Source of the DNA: Takakia lepidozioides
Lineage: Eukaryota; Plantae; Bryophyta
DNA length: 64,000 nt
Reading direction: 5' to 3'
Assembly: GCA_030704615.1 (NCBI GenBank)
Contig: CM060731.1
Location: 69,254,001-69,318,000 of the forward strand
In this document: piece by piece, positions 33,849 to 46,400 of the stretch
How the letters are laid out: each line of letters opens with the position of its first letter
Numbering within the stretch: the first letter of the stretch is position 1
Notes under the pieces: model-generated
Told to the model about the DNA's origin: nothing
The model's input: the letters and a program-made list of their open reading frames with translations, nothing else
The model's database searches: none
Translations under genes and position numbers: made by a program

Positions 33849-35567
33849 TAATCTCCCACCCCCCCTTCTCATTGCTCTTACGTTGTGGCATGTTGTGATG
33901 GAAGAGACACCCACGAGTGGGTTTTATTCCTTGTGCAGAATTAGTTGTTCTCATGCGCAGCGGGTTTGTGCCGTTTGCGCACCTTTTGGAGAGACTCTGC
34001 AGATGGAGGTGCAGTTTCCGCCGAACTGTCCTCTACGTCATCGTCGCCGCCCATGCTATACTCGCTTGTGTCAGAATCCGAACTTGAAGACCGCCCACCG
34101 TGCCGCCTTCCCTCTCACACCGAGGCCATCTTTTGCGGATTCAGTCGAGCCAGGCGGGGGCTCCTTCGCACCGCGGGGCCGGAATGTGCAGAAGTGGGAG
34201 GAGGTGATGCTGCCTCGGCGGTCGAGCGCTTCTTACTAGGCGTGGACATAGACCATGACAAAGATGAAGACAAGCGAGGACATAGACCATGACCAAGACA
34301 AAGACGAGTGAGGAAGACAAAGACGAGTGAGGAAGACCAAGACATGCAAAGGAGGAAAGAAGGACAAGGAGGGGAGTGTGATCACACACCCCCCCGATCT
34401 GTAGTGAAGATCCGGCCGTTGTTGATTTCAAATAGGAACACGTGTCGTGCATCCGACACTATGGCCTTTTCGACTTTGAGACGTTTCAAAATAACCACTT
34501 ACAATCCTCCAGACAACTAGATGTAGTGATTCACACAACTGACATGGATCCGTTAACTTTATTTCGTTCAAAATTAGGCGAAGGAAACACACTGCAATGA
34601 TGTCATGTATGGCTCCGCTTTACATGCATTCTTGGAGAAAATGCGCATGATGTGTGAGAAGTGAACACAGTGCTCTGCCAAATGATTCAGCAAAAACAAA
34701 CTCAACTGTAGTGGTTCTCCCATCGCAGAGAAGGGTCCATTCGACACCCATCGCACCATGTTAGGTTGAGGTCCTCACATACACACCTGCACACCGAGAA
34801 TTTGCGAACCCACATCAGCTGGGAGAACATGGAAATTACCCCGTGGATCACATGCAAGCATGAATGAGAAATGGAAAGAGAATTGCATGGGAGATTTTGG
34901 TGTACCTGCGCGACATGCAACTCTGTCTACATACTCCATAAGTCACTGTCCCAAGACCCAAGTGGACAGGGGAGGCCGGTGAGTCTGTACCACAAATGGT
35001 AATCATACAACTGAGGGTACTGCTACCTAACGTGCAAAAGCCGCCGGCTGCAGGATGCTAGGCATGCGAACTCCGGCACACCACGCCTCCTCTGCACCCC
35101 ACTCCGTCCCAACCAGTGCAAAACAACCGTGCATGCATTGACTGCCGTCTGGCTTTCTCTCCAGGCATTTGGGGGTTTGTGATCTGCTACACGTAAGTGT
35201 CTTTGAAGGTGACGATCAAAGGATCCGGTCACTTGCAGTTGTCGTCTCAAGGGCAGCATTGCAAGAATCACAATTAAGTAAGAAAGATGGTGGAAGAAGC
35301 TGCAAACTGCAAATGAGTGAAGTGGCAGGGTGATGCTCCATTCTTAACATGCTCCCCTTCCCGCCATGGTGATAGAGCCACACAAATGGACTCCCTTCCC
35401 GCCACAGTGCAATTTCAAGGCAACGGAACGGGATTGTCCGCCGAAACGTGATTTGGAGATCACGGCAGAATCCGTGATGGAATTCGACCTTTCCTCAATC
35501 CGTCTCGCTCTTCCGCTGAGGGTGGCATTGGGCAAACTACCCCCTGCTACAAACTTTTGATCGTAAT

Positions 35568-38500
35568 GTGATTTTGAGAGACGAATCGATGCAGCCGGAA
35601 ATTGTGCAGATGATGACCGACGATACAGACAGGCCAGACGAGGACTATGTCATGGGCGCAGGACATGAACCAGGCATGGACGGAGGGGTGGAGATTACTC
35701 GAATGTTGCAGGAAGCATTCCACATCATGGACGATGCTGAAGAGGGGGACGACGCTGCGACAACTGGGGATGGTGATGACGCAGGAAATGAAGGCATTCA
35801 CGTGGGGGAAGGTGTGGAAGGAGGTGGAGATGGAGATGAGAATTCAGCACACATGACACTAGAAGAAGCATGTGTGCCACTGTACGAGGGATGCAAATCC
35901 ACAAAGCTTGCTGCCACCATGCTGTTGATGAACCTGTGCACAAGCCACGGTGTCTCAGACCATTTTGTGGACGAGTTGTTCTCTTTGCTTCGGCTGAACT
36001 TGCTTCCACAACCAAATGAAATGCCAAAAAGCTGTCACATGGCCAACAAAATGATTGGGAAGCTCGGCCTCAACTACGTGAAAATACATGCATGTCCAAA
36101 AGAACATGTACTTTTCAGAAGAGAGTACAAGGACGCTATGGAGTGCCCCAAATGAGGTGCAGCCCGATACCATGATGTGGGCAGGTTACAACAGCCAGCC
36201 AAGGTGTTGAGGCACTTTCCCCTTATCCCCCGTCTATTACGAATGTACAAATGCAAGACCATTAGTGAGCTCATGACTTGGCATTCCAGGAATGCCTCAA
36301 ACGATGGTTTGGTAAGGCATGTCCCAGATTCCCTTGCATGGAAGCATATAGATGCAACTTGGCCCGATTTTGCCGAGGACCCACACAATGTGCGATTGGC
36401 TGTATCTACGGATCGAGTAAACCCATACGGATCAAAGAGCTGCACATGGTCCACATGACCCGTGCAGTTGGTGGCATACAACCTGCCACCATGGTTGACA
36501 ACAAAGAAATTCTTTGTCATGTTGTCTCTCTTGATTCTAGGCAAGGAGTCCGTGACAAATGCAAACATAGATGTGTATTTGCTACCATTGATTGAAGAGC
36601 TACATGAACTATGGATTGGAGTTGAAGCTTACGACATTTGAAACCAGTAGGGCAACGGAGTTTCACCCTCCGTGCCATACTCATGTGGTCAATCCACGAT
36701 TTCCCCGCATATGGCCTTGTTGCGGGTTGCAAGACAAAGGGCTACAAAGGGTGCCCTATTTGTGGGCCCTATGTGGATTCACGGCACTCAAAGCCATTGG
36801 GGAAGACAATATACATGGGGCATCGACGTTACCTTACAAGAAACCACCCCTACCGACGAGCAGGAAGACACTTCAATGGATGTGTTGAAAAGAGAATGGC
36901 ACCAAATGCTGTGACACCGGAGGAGACATTGCAATTTGCAAAGGAGAAAGAGGCGTTCATGGAGATTGGAGGGAGAGAAGGAAGTAGTGCGGATCCAGCC
37001 ATGGAGCACGGGGTGAAGCGCCGGACAATCCTTTGGGATTTGCCATACTGGAAGGTGCATGAATCCCCCCCCCCCAATTCACTCACTTTCTTTCACATTG
37101 TGCTTCCTGGAATTACCTTTACTGTCAGGAGTCCTTCCACCAACTCCTAAGTTAGTGTAACTACTATGCAGTAGATGTTGAAGTCGTACACCTCACTGTA
37201 GAGAGGATCGTGCAGTTGTTGAAAGCAGAATGTAGTAACATGGATAACTTCTGCCACATATTCTACTATTTTTGCCCATAGAACTTGGTCTCATGGGAGG
37301 ACATCTGGCATTTCAGAACCTCTTGCAGCGGTACCTCCTGGACCCCATGCATTGTGAGAAGAACTTCTGCGAGAACATTTTGAAGATGATCTTTGGGGAG
37401 AATGATACGATAAACGTACGAAATGACATGGAGATTGAAGGGATACGGTCACATCTGTGGCTAAGGCTTGATCCAAATAGACCTCGCAAAGTGCTCATGC
37501 CAGCAGCATAATACGTCCTGACCAAATCAGAGCAAGAGCATTTTTTGAAGACATTGGGAGCCATGAAAGTGCCAATCGGATTCTCGGGTGCTTTCCAAAA
37601 GCATGCCATAAACAAGAAATGGTCGGGGATGAAGTCACATGATCTACACGTGATGATGCAGTAGATTTTGCCAGTGTGCATTCGGGGTACGATGGCGCCG
37701 GGTCCTCGAACAGCCATAATGCGTGTAAGTCGAGTGTTTAGGAAGATTTGTGCGAAGGTGTGGGATCCGAGGGACATTACATCGTTGCATGAGGATGTGG
37801 CTATAACCCTATGTTTGCTGGAGAAAGAATTCCCTCCATCATTCTTTGACGTCATGACGCACTTGCTAGTGCATCTTGTAGAGGAGTTGCATGTGTGTGG
37901 GCCCGTAGCCAGCCGTTGGATGTACCCCATGGAGAGGTACATGAAAGATCTGAAGGGGTATGTACGCAACATGGCACAGCCAGAGGGGAGTATGGCGGAG
38001 GGCTACATCCGCGACGAAGCCATGGGCTTCATGACAGAGTATATGTCTTCATTTGATGCAACACAACGACGGGTGTGGGACGAGAACGAGGAAGAAGGAG
38101 TTGTAGGCGAGGTCCTAGAAGGTGGTGGAACAAAGCGTGCCATGAGCCCGCGCCTTCGGGATGTGGCACATGATTATGTGCTGAACAACACAACAACCAT
38201 GACACCATGGAGACAGTGGGTGTAAACTTACATCCCTCTTGTGCTATTCTTAATGGTCTTTGTATGCTGGAATTACATATATATTGTCACAAGTCATTCC
38301 GGCCACTATGGGAGTGGGATCGTGTACTAACAGGGTGCTTCAAACGACTACAAAGGGTGTTTCGTAGTTGGTGTTGTTGCTTGCAAGTGATTATGAAGTA
38401 GGCTGCATCACTACAGTGTGCTTGAAAGGACACAATCTGCATGTGGCATGCATGTACAGTACGGTGTTGGTCAGGGGGACTGAGTTGTAGTTTCTATTTG

Positions 38501-39397
38501 GTTTCTGCCAGAAAGTACGCAGCGGAGAAGGTCCGTCTGAAAACGGAACGGAGTGCATTTGCAAAAGCATGGCGGAGGGGCGGTCGTAGGCGCAGATCCC
38601 CGGTGGAGTACCCCACAACAATGGAGGAGTTGCAGCCCTTTACAGTGTGGGTCAGATCTGCAATTGCAGTGTACGCATCAGAGAACGAGGACCCAAATGA
38701 GGGCATGGTGAGTCTGTCATTCCCCCCAGGGCTGATTGCCACTTCGTACCGGTCAATGAAAGCATATGACAATCATTATAGAGTGGACGATGCCAACACT
38801 AGCCTCCTAGTGACTTATGAAAGCGGAGTGACATCATTTTTTGAACAAGAGAGTAGGAGCTGTGCACGAGATCAGAATCCAATTTCATGCCCTGTGCAAT
38901 ATGTAGGAGTCATCAAAGAGATCCTTAAACTAGACTATGGGCTTGTGAAGCCAATTCTATTCCGTTGTTCTTGGGTAAAAGCCAATATGGTAGGAGAGAA
39001 TGCCACCATGAAACGGGATGAGTACGGGTTCCTCTTTGCTGATTTCAGAAAAATGCTACCACAAGATGAAGAGCCATTCATCTTCCCATCGCAAATTGAA
39101 CAAGTTTTCTTTTCAGATGACACCCATGCGCCGGGATGGAAGGTGGTTCTTCACAAGGACCCCCGGGCCAAACGAGTCGTGGCCGACGTCCATGATCTGG
39201 ACCTAGGGGAGAATGCCGACCATGAGGGTCTGAGGGAACCACAAAATCTACCAGATACGGCCGAACCAGTTTCTTTGGAAGGAGCAGTTACCTTTAATGA
39301 GGAAGACATTCCAGGGTTGGTAATTACCGCAAGACAAATTGCAGATGTGGGCAGTGAAGGGGAAGATTATTTGGATACGGATAGTGAGCCCAGCTGA
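35568..39397 (+). pseudogene. CACTA Tnp2-family transposase (Transposase_21, DUF4218, DUF4216), inactivated by stops and frameshifts
   Basis: KIHACPKEHVLFRREYKDAMECPK; MTWH...RHVPDSLAWKHIDATWPDFAEDPHNVRLAVSTD; LRAILMWSIHDFPAYGLVAGCKTKGYKGCPICG; LDPMHCEKNFCENI; LEKEFPPSFFDVMTHLLVHLVEELHVCGPVASRWMYPMERYMKDLKGYVRNMAQPEGSMAEGY; YVGVIKEILKLDY...EPFIFPSQIEQVFF. Confidence 0.95.
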
Positions 39398-40465
39398 ATC
39401 TTAGTGTCCATTAAGCTGGCAGCTCGTAGACGAGAGCTGTGCTAAGGACTCTTACTGTCCTACCCATTTTGTACAGTCCTGCAAGCGCGCAAGGGCGAGA
39501 CAGTTAATAGTATCGATAATGTCCCGGAATGTGGTCCATACTGTCTTGTGAACAAACCTATATTTACAGTATGATTGTAGTTCAGAACCAAAGGGCATAT
39601 CCTTCAGCCTTGACGTCTTTGCGATCTTCTTCTGTGACGCCTTCTTTATAACTTGAGAAATGGAAAAACAGCTACACCTCAAATTATTGCAAGGCCACTC
39701 AATGGCACTAAGAACGTTTCGAGCATGCTGTCAGAAAACTAGACGGGCAAAAACCCAATTCAGCAACCTCACCTTGCGTGGATACTTGGGAATTGATACC
39801 AGAAGGGCATGCCCGTATGCGCGCTCCATCGTGCCTCCATCCAGCACATTCTATAAATGTTGAATGACCAAGACCCCGATGGTACACCCTTTTGAGAAGC
39901 CACTACGTGCGCTCACAGTATACGAAGGCCTTGCCGTGTCAGGATTCGCATTCCCACGTCCCGCCATGTCCGACGAAGCACTTGCATCCCTGTCTCTGCC
40001 GGATGGAGGCAACACGTATTAAAATATCTATTCCCCCAAGGCCACATTTGGTTTACCTCTTTTTGTGAAAGCCACGTCAGCAAATGTGCTGCCGAATCAT
40101 GGGTGCAATGAATGCGCAGTGGTTCATGGAGTCGTTGAGTCGACTACATATTCACTTTAATGAATAAATATCTTTATTCCATTAATCGAATTAGGAAAGG
40201 AAATTTGTAGTCGCATGTGCAGTAATTACAACCACTTGTAATTTTGGCTTTTTCAAATTTTATGTATTTACGCAATTCGTAAAATAGCCCGGAATTCTGC
40301 TACGACTCCGGAGTCGTTGACCCCACTTCTGTCCGCTGTCTGAAATGCCCCCGTGGGCCCACATTGTCTGTTTCGACTCTCCAGTAGTCCCGTTTACTAC
40401 CAAATGGTTCCCGGAGTGGTCGCGGACATGCAGTCGATTCAGAAAAGACACGAATGCTTCTAGTG

Positions 40466-41270
40466 TCATGCCTTATGTTGCACACATGTTAGCCTATCAA
40501 GAGGCAATTTGGAAAGAGAGTGAATATTCAACTCTGTTATCAATCTCATGTTGTAAATTGAAGCTTTACGTAACACATCAATAGATGATGATACTTGTTA
40601 TGTCGAGTTTTAGTTAGTACATAGTTGGACCGCTCGCATGACCTAACCCTCCACCTTGTTCTGCATCTACGATTGCAGACGTAATCATGAAATCAACCTC
40701 ATTTATGAGCACATCATTATCATCAAGTGAATATTACTCAGCGCAATGCAACTTCCATGGACGTGTATCCACATCATTGTCAGTTTCTAACATATATATA
40801 GTCTTCTTCCTCAACTATGCAAGAAATATGACACAATCATAATCTTGTAGATTAGCACTCATTGAACTAGAGCTCCTTAGCCACCAAATGTTTTCCCTTC
40901 GTCGTGGATTAATAAATAGCGGACCAATATCCCCATTGTGCTTAGTATGTTCTATCCTTCCAATACGTAATGTGCTTTCAGCAGCCTCCCCAACACAAAA
41001 GCTATGTTTGTTTTTCACTTGTTGACCAAACATGGGAAAATAAACCTCACAACAATCAGATCCCAATCTACTCAAAGCCACGGGTAAATGAGGGAAGAAG
41101 TCTCTCATCATCATAATATGTAGATCAAATGAAAAAAAATATCATTTAAACAACATTCATAATCCAAATCTGCTTGTCATTGTATCAAAACAAGCCCCAC
41201 AGTCATCACACTGGTCAAATGAATATGGAATGAATATAAATGCTGGTACTAGTGACATCTATCCAAAGTG
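40466..41270 (-). pseudogene. Decayed P-element-like DDE transposase fragment interrupted by the CACTA insertion
   Basis: MMMRDFFPHLPVALSRLGSDCCEVYFPMFG resembles the RLxQDxxExFFS motif around the last catalytic Glu of P/THAP9-type transposases. Downstream SIYNMRLITELN...KLPLDRLTCVQHKA ends at the CACTA TIR. Confidence 0.55.
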
Positions 41271-41338
41271 GAAGGATTACAATTGAATCTTGGAATTACA
41301 TTACATTACTTTGCAAAAGAATATGGTTGCAGTTGGGC

Positions 41339-41535
41339 TGCGACGCCCAGGGTGTCGCATCAACCACCCGGGGGGGGGGGAATAAAAATAAAATAATAAA
41401 ATAAAAATTCGCATTTTTAATGCGATGCCCAAGGCGTCGCATTTGAGTTTTTTTTTTTACAAGTCATTTTTAGTGACGTCCTGGGTGTCGCTTTTCCGTT
41501 TTTGTTTTTTTATAAGTCATTTGTAGCGACGCCTC
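41339..41535. repeat. Cluster of four imperfect palindromic motifs (GCGACGCCCAGGGTGTCGC-like), probable DNA-transposon subterminal repeats
   Basis: tgcgacgcccagggtgtcgca, tgcgatgcccaaggcgtcgca, gtgacgtcctgggtgtcgc and gcgacgcc, separated by A/T-rich spacers. Confidence 0.55.
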
Positions 41536-42284
41536 AATGACTTGATCATTTTTGGTCACGACGAGCAACTTTCGAATGAACTACCTTATCATTGTACAAT
41601 TAAATCATGAGTTTGTGTGTAAGATCGGTAACTGATATGTTGGTAAATGTCTTACTATGTGTATAATGTAGTGGTCTTGAGTTCAAATTTGTCTAAAAAT
41701 ACATTGAATGAACTGAAATTCGATATGTGTCGGTTACTTGCAAAAACATGTTCAAGGGTTAGGTTTGACACTATGTGACAAGTGTGTGTCCCGCTATTTT
41801 TTGAACCATGTGCAATCCCGCCCCTTTCTTAACCTTGTAATGACACTTGGGATTTCATTTACATTTAGGTTGATCATTCCCAAATTGCCAAGATTTGACC
41901 TCCTACTACTTTGTTGCCAGGGCTGTCTGCAACCACCCAAAAAAAAAGATCAAAGCAAATTAAAACAAGTAATGAGGGTGTGACTGGTCTGTCATCCATC
42001 AAGGGCGGCCATCCCCTGAAGGCGTATTTTCCTTCCATAATGTAATTCCCTCACAGGGAGGGTACAAGAAGTGAGGTCAAGTGATTATCACGGATCGACT
42101 TGGCAAGTCCCGCAGTTCGGCACTATGATTATTTTGATTTTTGAGCTCCATCTCCATAAAAGGGTGTAACTTATCCCCTGAGACAGTCCAGGTACCATCC
42201 ACATGACTCCAAATGCGTTCAACCTCAATCTTGAAGTATGCCAACCGTGAACATCAGCCATTATATGCAAAAATTGTAGCCAAG

Positions 42285-42428
42285 TTGTGGCCCAGTGGGT
42301 AATGGGCATTCAATCCACCGATTGGTGTATCCACCTTCCAGCCGGATTCGGGCTCATCAAGAGACACCATAATTTACGCTTCCTTGCGGAGGCGTCATAT
42401 ATCGTATTATATATATACATATATATAT
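42285..42428 (+). mobile_element. Second, internally deleted copy of SINE family B
   Basis: tgtggcccagtgggtaatgggca...tccaccttccagc...gagacaccataatttacgcttccttgcggaggcgtc followed by a TA-rich tail; matches 17941-18111. Confidence 0.65.
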
Positions 42429-43440
42429 GCAATAATTGCCCCCCGCCATTACCTTAGTAGTTTGAGTCATAACTGGATGGATGAATGGTGGCACGGACTA
42501 CATTTCATTCAGGAAATCCAAGATGGTGAAGTTGACACGCCATCCTGCTGCCACGTGGCTACAAAGCACGCTGTACTATAGTACCTGTTCAAACCAATAA
42601 AATGTTAAAGTTGATGTCTGTTTAACCTAGCAAATTTACAGCCTACTGCTCAACAATGGACGGTTGAAGACACATGTCGACGGACCCGACACAAACCCAA
42701 CGATGGATGGAGTTTTCATCCATCCTTCAAGAATCTACCGGATGTGGTAATTCGGGGAGAATTAGAATCTACTACTTACTTACTAAAACAGCGATGGGAA
42801 CAAGGAAAGGTCATGGGAACATGAGAACATTGGTAACCACGGAGAACTACCTGTGGCCTTCATTGCTCTATCCATGACGTGGCCTACGCCTAGCTCGTCG
42901 GACCGGTGGCAGACAGTCGCCCTGGTTCTGACCGCTCTCGGGAACCGCTTATAGCCGGCCTCCCGGGATTTTATTGGTGAGGTAAGTGGTGAGCGGGCTA
43001 TGTTTCACCCGTGGTGAAGTAGATAAGATATTTACGGACTGTGTCTTCATCAACCAAGGACTATCCACTGCTCTGCCTTCTCTGCACTTTTTGAAGAGTT
43101 GAGAGGGAAAGCAGAGATCACGGAGCATCGCATTCAAAGCACGAGATATTTTGGAAGATTAGAGCAAGGAGAAATTGAGGAAGGGAAATTTATGTTATAT
43201 AAGCTTGCTCACGAGTAGATACGGACTCAGTTTTGTTTGCAGCTTGCTACAGGATTCTGTTTGGTGGACTACAGTGCCAGGAGGGAATCAGGAATATTTT
43301 TATATAATCCAGGTTCGAGGTTGTCGGTGGTTCTTCTCGATCTCTGAATCTTGATAAGCGGGAGCTATGCTCGGGATTGGTATGAAAGCTTGCTAAAGCC
43401 GGAAGAAATTTGGGAAGGCTGGAAGAAATCAGGCAGGCCC

Positions 43441-46400
43441 ATGGAGGCGGGCCGCTTGCAAGCAGTGGCGCTTCCACTCACCAGCTCGCCATGTTCTTGC
43501 GGTGCGCCTGTCTCTTTCGATCAATGCCAGCTGCTGTCATCGCTGGGGTCTCAAAAGCCCTGGCAAAGCCTGGTGCTGCAGCATCATGCACAGGGTCTGG
43601 CTGGCCGATCACGAGGTCGCAAGCGCACTCTGGCCATTTCGGATGGAGGTTTCCCTCATGATTTTGCAGCTGTTGCAGTAGCTGCAGTGGCGGTACTGCC
43701 TATGTGCTGGCTGTATTATATGAGATCACAGACTTCATCATCGTCCTCTTCTCCTTCTACATCCAAAACAGAGTCAACCAATGTCCAGGTGAAATCTAGA
43801 AGTGTTACTGCGTCCGTGCTTTCAGTTTCAGGAGCTAGCGGGTCCAAGAATGCTGCCGTCAATGGTGTCCGTAATGGAGTGAAAAATGAAGGTGTAACCA
43901 GTGGTTCTAATTTCACATCTAGTGGCCTAAATAATGCAAAGTTGCACTTCCGGGTTCCTGTTTCTCACTCTACGGAGGTTTTGGTAGAGGAGTCCAGCTC
44001 AAGTGCATGTAGTGATGCTGAGACAGAGGTGTTGGTAGAGGATTCCAGCTCAAGTGCAAGTAGTGATGCTGAGGCACAGGTGTTGGTAGAGGATTCCAGT
44101 TCAAGTGCAAGTAGTGCTGCTGGGGCAGAGGTGTTGGTAGAAAATTCCAGCTCAAGTGCAAGTAGTGATACTGGAACAGCCACTAGTACCAAGGACGTGG
44201 CAACCATCAGGGGAATTCAAAAGCAGCTGGAGTCTTTACCTGGTGGACAGGAAAGGAAGGATTCGGCTGGACAGACTATTCCACTAAATGTCAAGAAGGG
44301 AAGAAGATGGAAGGGCTACATGGATTTGCCGATCACCATTGCGGAAGTGCTACCTATCAATTCTACAACATCTCCAGAATTGTACCTTACTCTTTATTAT
44401 ATGTTGCTGAAGGTTGGCAGGTATGTTGAGGTTGATACGTTGATTGTCGCCTGCAATGTGCACTGTAACCTTCAGTACGATCACCTGAGTCTTGCTACTA
44501 TGTATTGGCATTGCACAGTGTGGCCCTCAATGCCCCATTGGCAACAGTGGATTTTTCATGCTTCAGCCCTCTAGCAAATTTGGTCAGTGGCTGCTTCAGT
44601 AGGAGAAAGCCTATATAGAGACTGAAGGGGGCATGTGATCCCTCTTCATTACGTACTGGTTTCTCTTGAGGTCACTGAAGGAAGTGAACATGATTTGACA
44701 GGCTTCAAGACTCTGTGGTGCTGCTGGAATCCATGGATAAAGCAGGGATATTGGAGACACAAAAAGTAAGTGTATGAATGAACTATTTTTCATTTGATTG
44801 CTGTAAAGAATGTGCAAGTCCAACAGAGAACTGACAATGTGCTCATTTGCACCGTGCAGATGAATCTCTTCAAGTTTTTTGACGCTTGTAAGAAGCGACG
44901 AGCCGTTAAAGAGGCGTTTAGATTCACACGGCTGATACAGGGTCCATCCATACGAGTTTTCAACATGCTTCTCTCTGTCTGTTCCCATGCAAAAGATGCA
45001 GATGGTAAGCCTCTTCGCAGAAACCCTAAACCCTAAATGCTATATCGACTCGTTTTACAGAAAAAAAAGGGTTCATAGAGAGTCACATCTGGAAGCTATG
45101 AAGGAATTGGAGGTAGTCCGTTTGTTGGGTAATAGACCATCCTGTGTAGGACATGTTGATGGTCTCAACTGTTCAATTTATTCGTTTCCCTGAGATGTTT
45201 CTCCCTAGTTGGATGGAGCACTTTAGTCATCACATATATGCAAGCAGTTGATTGGGCCACTGAATCAATGGAATGAGTTCACTTCATCTCCTTTGTCTCT
45301 TGTTTCAGCTGCATGGCGAGTTTTAGGAATGCTGGAAAAGGCGGGGCTTAAGGCGGATTGCATGTTCTACACCACCTTGATTTCAGCATGCTCCAAGGCT
45401 GGCAATGTCGACCTTGCTTTCAAGGCATGTCTTGAAGGAAGAACTACTGCACCAATAGTGTTGTGAGAGAATAAAGAAAAGAAGCTTTTACACATCCGAG
45501 AGAGAGAGAGGGAGAGAGAGAGGAGGGGGAATGGGTAGGTGCCTCCTGCCTTTGGTTACCTGAGAATCACATCTAGAAAACTGAGACAACAGTTGATATC
45601 ATTTTTGCTAGATCCAACAACTATATTACAATTTTATTGGATGGAATCCTTCAACCAGGGATACAAGAAAATCCAACATTCTAATTATGAACTTAGAAGG
45701 TGGGTCTAGCTATGTATTCGAAAATGCCAGTTCAGAAACAAATGACATTTGCTTTTGGCTGACCTTAGCCAGCTTTTGGCAGGTTTTCAATGAGATGGAG
45801 ACTGCAGGCATAGAGGCAAACGTCCATACCTTTGGAGCTATGATTGATGGGTGTGCACGGGCTGGACATCTGCCAAAATCATTTGGTGTTTATGGAATCA
45901 TGATCTCAAAGGTGGTTCGCTGCACTTCTGTGTTATCAGTTCTCTTCCTGGCTCGTTGGTGGACTATTCTTTATAATTCATTTGTCCTATGACCGTAAAA
46001 CAATGGGTTTGAGCAGACTCATGCCATCGTCGCAGGTATTAGGAATTGTTCACTGGGATTGGATAATTCTTAGCAGTCAGACAGGTCTGAAGCATGAAGT
46101 AAATGCTACTTCGCTTTGTTGCTAAGTAATGGGAATCGTGATTTAAGGCAGAGAACTTCCTCAGCTTGTTGGCACCTTCAATGTCAGATATTAGTTCTCC
46201 TGCCACTTTTTGTTCTCTGCACTATCTGAGATCAACATGTATCGGGAAGCCGATTCTGACTGTCAGATTATGCAACTTAAATGTACAGAAGGTGAAGCCT
46301 GACCGAGTGATATTCAACACCCTGATCAATGCATGTGGTCGCGCTGGAGCTGTTGAGCGCGCATTTGATGTGTTGTCAGATATGAAAGCTGAAGCGACCC

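Larger units (their letters stand above)
33632..40465 (+). mobile_element. CACTA/En-Spm DNA transposon, transposase-bearing arm, ending in the CACTAG TIR
   Basis: Contains the Ptta fragment and the Tnp2 transposase pseudogene. Subterminal GAGTCGT/ACGACTC motifs at 40128-40147 and 40301-40318; terminus GACACGAATGCTTCTAGTG at 40447-40465. Confidence 0.88.

Noticed and set aside
18061-42400. Direct repeats at 18061 and 42361 as LTRs or termini of one 24-kb element
   Set aside because: Both carry Pol III A-box heads and TA tails, with no TG...CA, PBS or PPT; they are independent SINE copies.
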